The translations under genes were made by a program, and so were the position numbers. 64,000 bases of DNA from Chryseolinea sp. (lineage in GTDB: Bacteria; Bacteroidota; Bacteroidia; Cytophagales; Cyclobacteriaceae): assembly GCA_036525235.1 (NCBI GenBank), contig DATDAV010000002.1:23816-87815 (forward strand), read 5' to 3'. Positions 29,965 to 38,347 of this stretch are shown here, piece after piece (the stretch's first letter is position 1; each line of letters starts with the position of its first letter). The notes below the pieces were generated by a model. That model saw nothing but the letters and a program-made list of their open reading frames with translations. It was not told the DNA's origin and made no database searches.

Positions 29965-30330
29965 TCAATGGGGTTGCTTTGTCACTAAAAGAAGATCGCC
30001 ATCCTTCAAAAGAATATAGCCCTGATCAAAGCAGTAGTAATAGCGGCCTTCGCTTCCGGTTTCGTCGATGTTGGTGAAATATGTAAAATCAAATCCCCGG
30101 TGGCGAAGTTTGTCGCAACCGACTTTTGTCTTTCCGGTGTGGTTGAGGTCCTTCAGGATGCGGCGGTTCCGGCGGAGCACGTGGATGACCGAACGCATGT
30201 AGTGGGTTTCGGAACTGTTGATGCGATTGTTGTAGTTGGCCCGGCAGTGATCGTCACAAAATTTCTTGTCGGCCCTTCCCTTAATAAGTGCCCCGCATTC
30301 CTGGCAGAATTTGTGAACGTGATTTGACAT
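29965..30330 (-). CDS. Zn-ribbon protein (DUF2116-like)
   Basis: CQECG...GRADKKFCDDHCR, four Cys; basic helix LRRNRRIL; GFDFTYFT. Confidence 0.8.
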   Translation of the reverse strand: MSNHVHKFCQECGALIKGRADKKFCDDHCRANYNNRINSSETHYMRSVIHVLRRNRRILKDLNHTGKTKVGCDKLRHRGFDFTYFTNIDETGSEGRYYYCFDQGYILLKDGDLLLVTKQPH

Positions 30331-30495
30331 AAAAAATAACCAACAACTGATGATCGAATATAACCGAAATTAAACGTTTATCATACGGCTAGCCATAATT
30401 TCTTGTTTGATCTTCGTAGAGCGATCGGGCGGGTAGCCCTGGTGTTGGGTGATCGTTTCCGGCCTGATGTTTTATTCATTATACCAAAACTACTT

Positions 30496-30834
30496 ATGAA
30501 AAATCTAAAGAACAGCGTGCGGCTCATCGGCAACCTGGGCAAGGACCCCGAGGTGCGTGTCTTCGAAAGCGGGAGCAAAAAAGTATCGTTTAATCTGGCC
30601 ACGAACGATTCGTATAAAAACGACAAAGGCGAAAAGGTGGTCGACACGCAATGGCACCACCTGGTGATGTGGGGCAAGCTGGCCGACATTGCCGAAAAGT
30701 ATCTCAAAAAAGGCAACGAGATCGCCGTGGAAGGCCGCTTGGTTCACCGGGAATACGAGGACAGCGCGGGAGAAAAAAAATATTTCACCGAGATCAATGT
30801 CGGCGAGCTATTGATGTTAGGAGCGAACAAATGA
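30496..30834 (+). CDS. ssb: Single-stranded DNA-binding protein, short form (112 aa)
   Basis: NSVRLIGNLGKDPE, LATN, QWH, YLKKG, VEGRL, YFTEI OB-fold motifs; no acidic C-terminal tail; start reset to 30496. Confidence 0.92.
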   Translation: MKNLKNSVRLIGNLGKDPEVRVFESGSKKVSFNLATNDSYKNDKGEKVVDTQWHHLVMWGKLADIAEKYLKKGNEIAVEGRLVHREYEDSAGEKKYFTEINVGELLMLGANK

Positions 30835-30860
30835 AGCGAGTGCCCGTTGGGAGCAAAACA

Positions 30861-30890
30861 AAAAGCCTGGCGATGATCGTCAGGCTTCTC
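30861..30890. terminator. Bidirectional terminator between ssb and barrel gene 1
   Basis: AAGCCTGGCGAT-G-ATCGTCAGGCTT hairpin between convergent genes. Confidence 0.75.
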
Positions 30891-30900
30891 ATAGCCCTTG

Positions 30901-31521
30901 TCAATTCTGTTTGCCTACAAAACAAAGCGCGCCAAGGTGCAGACCCAGGTAGCTGTTGGCCACGCGCGCCTCATTGCCGGGCTCGATGACCTTTGAGCTT
31001 GGAATAAAATTATAGTCGACAGACAAACTGAATCGGTCAAAAAAGTCGATCCCGATACGCGGGCAAAATCCAACTTTCGTTTCGGCCGCAGTGAGGGACG
31101 TACCGCCGCTAAACAAATTCGGGTTCTTTTCCCCGGGTTTATTGTAGCGCACGGGCGATAACGCGTAAAGCCCAAGGCCGGCGCCAACGAAAACGCGAGT
31201 CTTGCCGGTTCCCAGGTAATACTTTCCTATGAGCGTATAAGACCCGCGAAATATCCTTTCGTAGGATTTGCCATCATCGAGTCCGAATTTGGCGAAAATG
31301 AGCCACTCCGCTCTTAGACCTACCGTCACCACGTCTGTAAGATCGTAGGTAGGCTCAATGTAGGTTAGCGCACCCGCTCTTTCCCTCAGGTTGTTGTGTG
31401 GGACGGCAACGCCGCCACCGAAACCGATTTTGATTTTATGAGCCGTCGTCCGGGTTGTTTGCGCTTGCGTCTTGAACGCAAACACGAGGACAAAGCAAGC
31501 CAACCATAATTTATTTTTCAT
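30901..31521 (-). CDS. Small outer-membrane beta-barrel protein, copy 1
   Basis: Signal peptide; alternating beta-strand motifs IGFGGG, YIEPTY, GKYYLG, FVGAGLG, CPRIG, VDYNF. Confidence 0.85.
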   Translation of the reverse strand: MKNKLWLACFVLVFAFKTQAQTTRTTAHKIKIGFGGGVAVPHNNLRERAGALTYIEPTYDLTDVVTVGLRAEWLIFAKFGLDDGKSYERIFRGSYTLIGKYYLGTGKTRVFVGAGLGLYALSPVRYNKPGEKNPNLFSGGTSLTAAETKVGFCPRIGIDFFDRFSLSVDYNFIPSSKVIEPGNEARVANSYLGLHLGALCFVGKQN

Positions 31522-31691
31522 AGCCGTAAAAATAAAAAGTCAACGCAACAAGGACAAATGTCTTTTGACTTGCCAATATCTGTACCGTTGTTAATCATAC
31601 TTGTTCACTTCTCTCCTGGCGTCTTCACGCGTAATGAACACCTATTGTGAGGGGTCGAAGTCGCCATTTTTTGAACGTCCGTCGCTGGGTA

Positions 31692-32312
31692 TCAATCTGA
31701 ATTGCGACGCAAATGCTTTGGTATGGGAAGACCGAGGTTCGCTCCAAAGTGTATGCCCCGATAGTTGTTCTTCACATACGCATCGCTGCCAGGCTCGATG
31801 ACCTTTGATCTCGGAATAAAATTATAGTCGACCGAGATCGTGAAACCCCATAAATCGAAACCCACGCGTGGATACAATCCAATCTTTCTTTCAGCCTCCG
31901 TGATATGAGTGCCTCCACTAAACATTCCCGTTTTCTCGCCAGCCTCACGATAGCGGACCGGCGACAGCCCATACGAACCAATGCCGACACCAACAAACGG
32001 ACGGAATTTTCCTTTTCCCAGGTAATACTTTCCGTTCAGGGAATACGTGCCGCGGAATAATGTTTCATACATTGTATCGTCAGGAAGTCCGTAGGTGAGC
32101 ATGAGCCATTCTGCGCGTGCGCCTACGCTAATTACATCGGTGATGTTATACGAGGGCTCGAGATAGGTCGACAGGCCCAGGTGCGGCGGAGCGGAGACAA
32201 AGCCGCCTCCGAAACCAAATCTGATTTTCTCCATTACCCTGACAACCGCCTGGGCACGCGTTTGGAATGTTAACAAGAGGACAAAACAGGCCAACCACAA
32301 TTTATTTTTCAT
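31692..32312 (-). CDS. Small outer-membrane beta-barrel protein, copy 2
   Basis: Close paralogue of copy 1 (identical MKNKLWLACFVL start; shared DYNFIP.SKVIEPG). Confidence 0.85.
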   Translation of the reverse strand: MKNKLWLACFVLLLTFQTRAQAVVRVMEKIRFGFGGGFVSAPPHLGLSTYLEPSYNITDVISVGARAEWLMLTYGLPDDTMYETLFRGTYSLNGKYYLGKGKFRPFVGVGIGSYGLSPVRYREAGEKTGMFSGGTHITEAERKIGLYPRVGFDLWGFTISVDYNFIPRSKVIEPGSDAYVKNNYRGIHFGANLGLPIPKHLRRNSD

Positions 32313-32405
32313 AACCGATAAAATAGAAAAGTTAACGTAATAAAGAAAGACGTTGCTTAAATAGCAATAGCTATGCCGTTGTTAACATGCTTGTTCACTT
32401 TTCTC

Positions 32406-32500
32406 CGATAGGTATAAAAACGACAAACGGCGCAAAAGTGGTCGACACGCAAAATGCCGTTGATGGCAATACCTAATGCGATCGTCAGGCGTTCCACCCC
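32406..32500 (+). pseudogene. Decayed ssb fragment plus remnant of the ssb 3' flank
   Basis: 32406-32452 matches ssb 30606-30651 at 42 of 47 aligned columns (hand alignment); then tgccgttg...gatcgtcaggc resembles 30840-30885. Confidence 0.8.
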
Positions 32501-32550
32501 TTTACATCAACGAAAAGAAAGGAAGTTTTCTTCCAGGTATTCATGTTAGG

Positions 32551-33162
32551 TCAGACTTTCTTGCTGCCTCCCGGTTTATGGGCACGTAAGAGGGCGCCCA
32601 CATGAATGCCAAAGAAGCCATTCTTTATGCGTGCATTGTTACCGGGCTCGGTCACCGCAGTGGAGGGAATAAAATTATAATCGAGCGAAATCGCAAGGGT
32701 CCTATTTTCAAAACCTATACTTGGATAAAAGCCGAACCTTGTTTCGGCCAATGTAATAGCCACTTTATCGTACCCGAGAAGCCCCCCGGATGTTTCGTCG
32801 ATATAGCGAACAGGTCCGAGGCGATAAAAGCCCAGACCACCCCCACAAAAAAAACGATGGTCCCCTGTATTCAGATAGTACTTTGCGTTGGCGGTATATC
32901 CTGCCCGCATGGGCGTACCGTATTTTCTTCCATCTGGAAGCCCAAGTGACATCAATATCCACTCCGCCCGTACTCCCAACCGGAGAGCATTGTTGACTGG
33001 GTAAGAAGAGTCGATATAGGCTAGCACGCCAAATCTGGAGCTTTCGCCTGTTGGAACCGCAAAGCCTCCACCAAAGCCGAACCTGTATTTCTCAAATATC
33101 TGGGCGTGTGTCCCGAAAGCCAGCATGGCAACCAAGAATGTGAGCAATATTTTGTTTTTCAT
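32551..33162 (-). CDS. Small outer-membrane beta-barrel protein, copy 3
   Basis: MKNKILL signal; FGFGGG, AKYYL, GGGLGFY, FYPSIG, LDYNFIP; start reset to 33162. Confidence 0.85.
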   Translation of the reverse strand: MKNKILLTFLVAMLAFGTHAQIFEKYRFGFGGGFAVPTGESSRFGVLAYIDSSYPVNNALRLGVRAEWILMSLGLPDGRKYGTPMRAGYTANAKYYLNTGDHRFFCGGGLGFYRLGPVRYIDETSGGLLGYDKVAITLAETRFGFYPSIGFENRTLAISLDYNFIPSTAVTEPGNNARIKNGFFGIHVGALLRAHKPGGSKKV

Positions 33163-33307
33163 AACTTTTAACGAGTAGGCTTGGTATAGACTTGATGAAA
33201 GACACGGCCAGCAGCCGAAAGGTTGGAAGAGCCGCTTCGAAGATAAATAAAGCCTTGGCAATTATTATTTCGCTGAATAGTCGGAAAGACTGATTCAAGA
33301 CGCTCAT

Positions 33308-33883
33308 CTACCGGCTTCCTCCACCAATATTTGCTCCGATGTGAATGGCCAAATAGTTATAATTTATTTTCGCCCCTGAAATATCCGTGTGCGCTAAGGG
33401 GAGGACATTGTAGTCGGCCGAGAAGGTGAAGTGACCAACGTCAAAGCCCACACGCGGATAAAACCCAACCGCCAGTCCGAATGAACTGAAGTTTCTGCTG
33501 AAGTTTCCCTGGTCTAGATCCATTTGGGCTATATAATAAAAACCCAGACCGGCCCCGACGAAAGGATGGAGATTACCCGACATCAAACGGTTTATATAGT
33601 ACTGGCCGTTGAAAGTATAGGACGAGAGAATTGACGGCTTGGTCCTGTCGTTGGGAGAAAATCGATTAGGAGGGAAGGCGATCTCCAGATGAAGACTCAG
33701 TACCCAGTTATCATTGATTCGGCCAGCGGGTTCAATATAAAAGAGTGCAGCGCTTGCGGTACCCGCGCCGGTGGGAATATCATAGCCTCCGCCAATCCCC
33801 ATTCTAAATTTCTTGAAATTCTGTGCGGATGCAGCAAAAGACATCACGGTGACGAGACAAGCTAACAACATTTTGTTGATCAT
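33308..33883 (-). CDS. Small outer-membrane beta-barrel protein, copy 4
   Basis: AQNFKKFRMGIGGG, YIEP, GQYY, PFVGAGLG, FYPRVGFDVGHF, GANIGGG. Confidence 0.85.
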   Translation of the reverse strand: MINKMLLACLVTVMSFAASAQNFKKFRMGIGGGYDIPTGAGTASAALFYIEPAGRINDNWVLSLHLEIAFPPNRFSPNDRTKPSILSSYTFNGQYYINRLMSGNLHPFVGAGLGFYYIAQMDLDQGNFSRNFSSFGLAVGFYPRVGFDVGHFTFSADYNVLPLAHTDISGAKINYNYLAIHIGANIGGGSR

Positions 33884-34040
33884 AACACTTACATCGGTAT
33901 AGGAAGGATAAAGATATGGATTTCACCACAACCGTGTCGTTGAATTTCAGTACAACAAATAGCCCATGCAATGAGATTACCGATGACAGGACATGTAAAC
34001 AAGTCCGATGATGATCCACCGGACTCCACGATCACCGCTA

Positions 34041-34676
34041 TTATTTTCTTCCGCCACCAAAGTTCGCCCCGAGACGAACGCCGAGGTAACTATTCTTGAA
34101 GCTCGCGTCGCTTCCGGAAACGGTGGTCTTTGTGTTGGCGATAAAATTATAGTCGATCGAAAGTGTGAAATGGCCCAAGTCAAAACCGAGACGCGGATAG
34201 AATCCCAGCTTCGATTGCGCATCGCTAAGGCTTACCGATTCCGTATGGACCTGTAGTTGTCCTTGTCCAGTGACATCGAATACAACAACATCGGTCTTCA
34301 TGGCCGACAGGCTATAGAGCCCGAAACCGACCCCCAGGAAGGGGCGGAAATTATTTGTGCCCAGGTAATACTGCATATTCAGCGTGTAGGATGCTTGGGC
34401 CGACAAATCAAAACGCTCCATGTCGATGGAACTACCCGAGAGTCCGCGCGCGACAATGGCCGATTCCACGCGCAAGCCCAGCGACAAGACATCGCTGAGG
34501 CGGTAGGAAGGCTCGAGATAGACAAGGCCTCCTCCCTGGGAGCCACTTCCCGAAGGTTTGGCATAGCCAACGCCGACGCCTACTCTAAACTTTTTGAAAT
34601 TTTGGGCGGATGCCACCAGGATGCAGGTGAGAGCGAAACACGTGAGTAAGATTTTGGTTTTCATAGCAATTAACAT
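34041..34676 (-). CDS. Small outer-membrane beta-barrel protein, copy 5
   Basis: AQNFKKFRVGVGVGY, YLEPSY, QYYLG, FYPRLGFDLGHF, GANFGGGRK; alternative start 34664. Confidence 0.85.
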   Translation of the reverse strand: MLIAMKTKILLTCFALTCILVASAQNFKKFRVGVGVGYAKPSGSGSQGGGLVYLEPSYRLSDVLSLGLRVESAIVARGLSGSSIDMERFDLSAQASYTLNMQYYLGTNNFRPFLGVGFGLYSLSAMKTDVVVFDVTGQGQLQVHTESVSLSDAQSKLGFYPRLGFDLGHFTLSIDYNFIANTKTTVSGSDASFKNSYLGVRLGANFGGGRK

Positions 34677-34691
34677 TTTTGGTTAGTGTCA

Positions 34692-34732
34692 TAAAGAAAA
34701 AGCGCCTTACTGCAACTGGATTGCAGTGGCGC
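34692..34732 (-). terminator. Terminator-like hairpin just upstream of barrel copy 5
   Basis: GCGCC-ACTGCAA/TTGCAGT-AA-GGCGC stem followed on the minus strand by TTTTTCTTT. Confidence 0.55.
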
Positions 34733-35040
34733 GTATACTGTATTTTTTGATGCTCCGTGTACTGGCGATGTCGGTGGGAAATGACATTTTTTTTGAAGAT
34801 GACGGCTAGTTTTGGCTATTCCGTCGTTGAAGGTTCAGGGCTAAGCCCTTCCAGGAGGGCTGGGATTATTGAGTTCCTTTTGGGTGAGTTTAAGGACGGT
34901 GTTTTGGGGGATCCCTGTAGATGACTTTCCAGCGCCTGGATTTGGTTGAATCTTGCTGGGGGATTGCAGATGATGGGGTTAGTTCGGTCGTTTATAGGAG
35001 TGGGTGTTGGAAGCATCCTTTTTTAATTAGTTTTGTTCGC

Positions 35041-37035
35041 ATGAGTTTTTTATACCCTTCTTTTCTGTGGGCGCTGGGCGCACTTTCTATACCCGTTATT
35101 ATCCATTTATTTAATTTCAGAAGAACGATCCGGGTATATTTTTCAAATACGCGGTTCCTCCGGCAGGTGAAAGAGGTCACCACGGCTAAGCGGCGTCTGA
35201 AGCATTATCTTGTTCTGGCGGCGCGGTTGCTGTTCTTGTTTTTTCTGGTGATCACGTTTAGCCAGCCGGTGATTCCGGCCCGGGAGCAGGTGGGCACAGG
35301 GCAGAACATTTTGCTGTACCTGGACAACTCACAGAGCATGTCGGCCCTCACCGACGATAAGACGCGGGGACTGGACGCCGGTGTGAGCTTTGCGCGGAGC
35401 ATCGTGGAGGTCTTCCCGCCCGATACGCGCTACCGGCTGATCACGAACGATTTTTCGCCTTTTTCCAATACCTACAAAACCAAGGCGGAGGTACTGGACC
35501 TGCTCACACAGATCCGCCTTTCGCCCGTGAGCCGTTCGCAGGTAGAAATACAAGAACGCATCCGCCAGGAAGGGGCCAAACGGGGCCGCGAGATCTTTTG
35601 GATCTCCGACTTCCAGAAGTCCACCCTGGGGCAAGTGATCGCCCCCGACAGCACGGCACGCCTGCATCTGGTGCCCATTGCGTATGGCCAGCTGTCGAAC
35701 GTTTTTATCGATTCGGCTTACCTCGAGAATCCATTTTCGGCCGGGGGTGGGAAGAATGTGTTGCACGTGAAGGTGCGCAACGACGGGCACAAGGAAGTGA
35801 CCCAGCTCAACCTGAAACTGACCCTAAACGGCGTACAGGCCGGAACTTCGCTGCTGGATATCGCCCAAGGCGGCATTGCCGAGACCACCTTTGACCTCGC
35901 CACGGGATTGTCGGGGCTGAACGAGGCCCGGCTCACCTTCAACGACTTCCCGGTGAGCTTCGACAATGAATTTTATCTTGCCTTGAACTTCACCGACAAG
36001 ATTCGGGTGGTAGAGATCAAGAACTCGGCAGCGCCCACGATGGTCGAAAAAGTGTTTGGCAACAAGGACGTATTTGATTTTGCCTCTTACCCGGTGAACA
36101 ATTTCAACTACGGGCTGCTGCCCCAGGCCGACCTGGTGGTAGTGAACGGCCTCAACAGCATCGACGCCTCCTTAGGGGGAGCGTTGCGCCGCTACATCCT
36201 CGACAACGGCACGTTGCTGTTGGCCCCTGGCACATCGCCGGATGTGGCAAGCCTAAAAAATTTCCTGCAATTGGCCACCTTGAAAGACACCGAGAACAAA
36301 GCCACGCTGGAACTCGACCGGCCCGACTTCTCGAATCCCTTTTTCGAAAATGTGTTCGAAGAGCGGTCGGTTTCCCTGGCCATGCCCAAGGCCATCCGCC
36401 GGCTGGATTGGGGAGGCGACAACTCGGCCTTATTGAAATTCAAGGACGGCCAGCCCTTTCTTTCGCTTTTCCCGCAGCGCGGCAAGGTCTATGTGCTGGC
36501 CAGCGCGCTGGACGCTTCCCAAACCGACTTCTTCAACCACGCCATCTTTGTGCCGGTGATGTACCGCATCGCCGCCAGCGGCAAAAAGAACGACCTGAAG
36601 CCCTACTACACCCTGCTGGAAGATTTCATCACCCTGCATGTGGACAGCCTGAAGGGCGAGGAGCCTTTGCGGTGGGAAGGCGCCGAGGAGGTGATCCCCG
36701 CCCAGCGCACGGTGAACGACGACGTCATTTTCGACATCCCCAAATTTTCGATCAGCCGGGGTTTCTATAAGGTGGTGATGCGCCGCGACACCATTAATCT
36801 ACTGGCTTTCAACCTCGACAAGGCCGAATCGCTGATGGACCAATATTCCGGGTCCGAAATGAAGCCCTTGCTGGGCGGTGGCGACAACATCACTATTTTC
36901 GAGGTTGGTTCAACCGACGCTTTCAGCAAAGAAATAAAGGAGCGATATTTGGGCACGCCATTGTGGAAATACGCGCTTTTGCTGGCCCTGACCTTCCTTT
37001 TGGCGGAGATCCTGTTGATCAGGTTTATGAAGTAA
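35041..37035 (+). CDS. BatA-domain / vWA-like membrane protein
   Basis: MSFLYPSFLWAL...PVIIHLFNFRR...FSNTRFL BatA N-terminus; YLDNSQSM MIDAS-like motif; C-terminal TM PLWKYALLLALTFLLAE; start reset to 35041. Confidence 0.85.
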   Translation: MSFLYPSFLWALGALSIPVIIHLFNFRRTIRVYFSNTRFLRQVKEVTTAKRRLKHYLVLAARLLFLFFLVITFSQPVIPAREQVGTGQNILLYLDNSQSMSALTDDKTRGLDAGVSFARSIVEVFPPDTRYRLITNDFSPFSNTYKTKAEVLDLLTQIRLSPVSRSQVEIQERIRQEGAKRGREIFWISDFQKSTLGQVIAPDSTARLHLVPIAYGQLSNVFIDSAYLENPFSAGGGKNVLHVKVRNDGHKEVTQLNLKLTLNGVQAGTSLLDIAQGGIAETTFDLATGLSGLNEARLTFNDFPVSFDNEFYLALNFTDKIRVVEIKNSAAPTMVEKVFGNKDVFDFASYPVNNFNYGLLPQADLVVVNGLNSIDASLGGALRRYILDNGTLLLAPGTSPDVASLKNFLQLATLKDTENKATLELDRPDFSNPFFENVFEERSVSLAMPKAIRRLDWGGDNSALLKFKDGQPFLSLFPQRGKVYVLASALDASQTDFFNHAIFVPVMYRIAASGKKNDLKPYYTLLEDFITLHVDSLKGEEPLRWEGAEEVIPAQRTVNDDVIFDIPKFSISRGFYKVVMRRDTINLLAFNLDKAESLMDQYSGSEMKPLLGGGDNITIFEVGSTDAFSKEIKERYLGTPLWKYALLLALTFLLAEILLIRFMK

Positions 37036-37080
37036 AGTAACGCTTCTCTTGCGGAGGCAACCCCGTGAAAAATAGTAAGC

Positions 37081-38340
37081 ATGAAGATACTGATACAACA
37101 CGCTGAAATTCTCGACCCCTCGTCCTCCTTCCATCAAAAAGAAAAAAATGTATTGATCAACAACGGTCGCATCATCGAGATCGGTGATAAGAACTATACG
37201 GCCGACAAAGTGATCAAGGCTGAGGGCATGAAACTTTCGGCGGGCTGGTTTGACCTGGGCACCTTTGCGGGCGACCCGGGACTGGAGCACAAAGAAGACC
37301 TGGAGTCGGTGGCACGCACCGCGGCGGCCGGCGGGTTTACGGGCATTGCCCTGCTGCCCAACACCGTGCCTTGCGTGCAAACCAAGAACGAGATCAGCTA
37401 CCTGGTGAAGGGCAACGACAGCCAACTGGTGCAGATCCATCCCCTGGCGGCCGTCACCAAAAACAACAAAGGCGAGGAGTTGACAGAAATGATCGACCTG
37501 CACGAAGCCGGTGCGGCGGCCTTCACCGACGGTCTGAAATCCATCTGGCATACCGACATCCTGTTGAAATCCCTGCAATACGTTCAGAAATTCAATGGCC
37601 TCATCATCGACCATCCCGAAGACATCTGGCTGAACCTGTTTGGCCAGATGCACGAAGGCATCAACAGCACCATGCTGGGGCTGAAAGGTATGCCGCGCAT
37701 TGCCGAAGACATTGCCGTAGGTCGCAACCTGGAGTTACTGGCCTATGCCGGCGGGCGCCTGCACATTGCCAAGATCTCGACCGGCAAATCGGCCGACATG
37801 ATCCGCGCCGCCAAAAAGAAATTGAATGTCACGTGCGACGTGGCCATCTACCAGCCACTGCTGGACGACAGCCGCCTGTCGGATTTCGACACCAACTATA
37901 AAGTGAATCCGCCCCTTCGCGAGAAGCAGGACAACGATGCGTTGATCAAGGCCCTGAAAGACGGCACCATCGACGTGCTCTGCTCGGGCCACATCCCGCA
38001 CGAAGAGGAAAGCAAAAGCCTGGAATTTGACCTGGCCGATTTTGGTATGATCAACCTGCAGACGTTTGCCATGCACCTGGGTGCGCTGGCCGAGCCGGTG
38101 GGTTGGGATGCGCTCATCGAAAAAGTGACGGTGAACCCGCGCAAGCTGCTGGGCCTGGAGATCCCCAAAATTGAAGTGGAGGAAAAGGCCAACCTCACGC
38201 TCTTTGACCCGGAGCGCACATGGCTCTTCGACGAAAAGGCCAATTTGTCACGGTCGAAGAATTCGCCCTGGCTCAACCAACAGATCAAGGGAAAAGCGAT
38301 CGCGGTCTTCAACAACGGACGGCATAAAATAGAGGACTGA
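37081..38340 (+). CDS. Dihydroorotase-like protein, predicted catalytically inactive (PyrC'-like)
   Basis: Overall DHOase pattern (AAAGGFT, LPNT.P, YKVNPPLR), but HxH appears as GTF, the third-His position is K and the catalytic-Asp position is G. Confidence 0.85.
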   Translation: MKILIQHAEILDPSSSFHQKEKNVLINNGRIIEIGDKNYTADKVIKAEGMKLSAGWFDLGTFAGDPGLEHKEDLESVARTAAAGGFTGIALLPNTVPCVQTKNEISYLVKGNDSQLVQIHPLAAVTKNNKGEELTEMIDLHEAGAAAFTDGLKSIWHTDILLKSLQYVQKFNGLIIDHPEDIWLNLFGQMHEGINSTMLGLKGMPRIAEDIAVGRNLELLAYAGGRLHIAKISTGKSADMIRAAKKKLNVTCDVAIYQPLLDDSRLSDFDTNYKVNPPLREKQDNDALIKALKDGTIDVLCSGHIPHEEESKSLEFDLADFGMINLQTFAMHLGALAEPVGWDALIEKVTVNPRKLLGLEIPKIEVEEKANLTLFDPERTWLFDEKANLSRSKNSPWLNQQIKGKAIAVFNNGRHKIED

Positions 38341-38347
38341 GACGAAG

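Noticed and set aside
34900-35010. G-quadruplex from four G-runs
   Set aside because: Loops of roughly 12-47 nt are too long for a canonical G4
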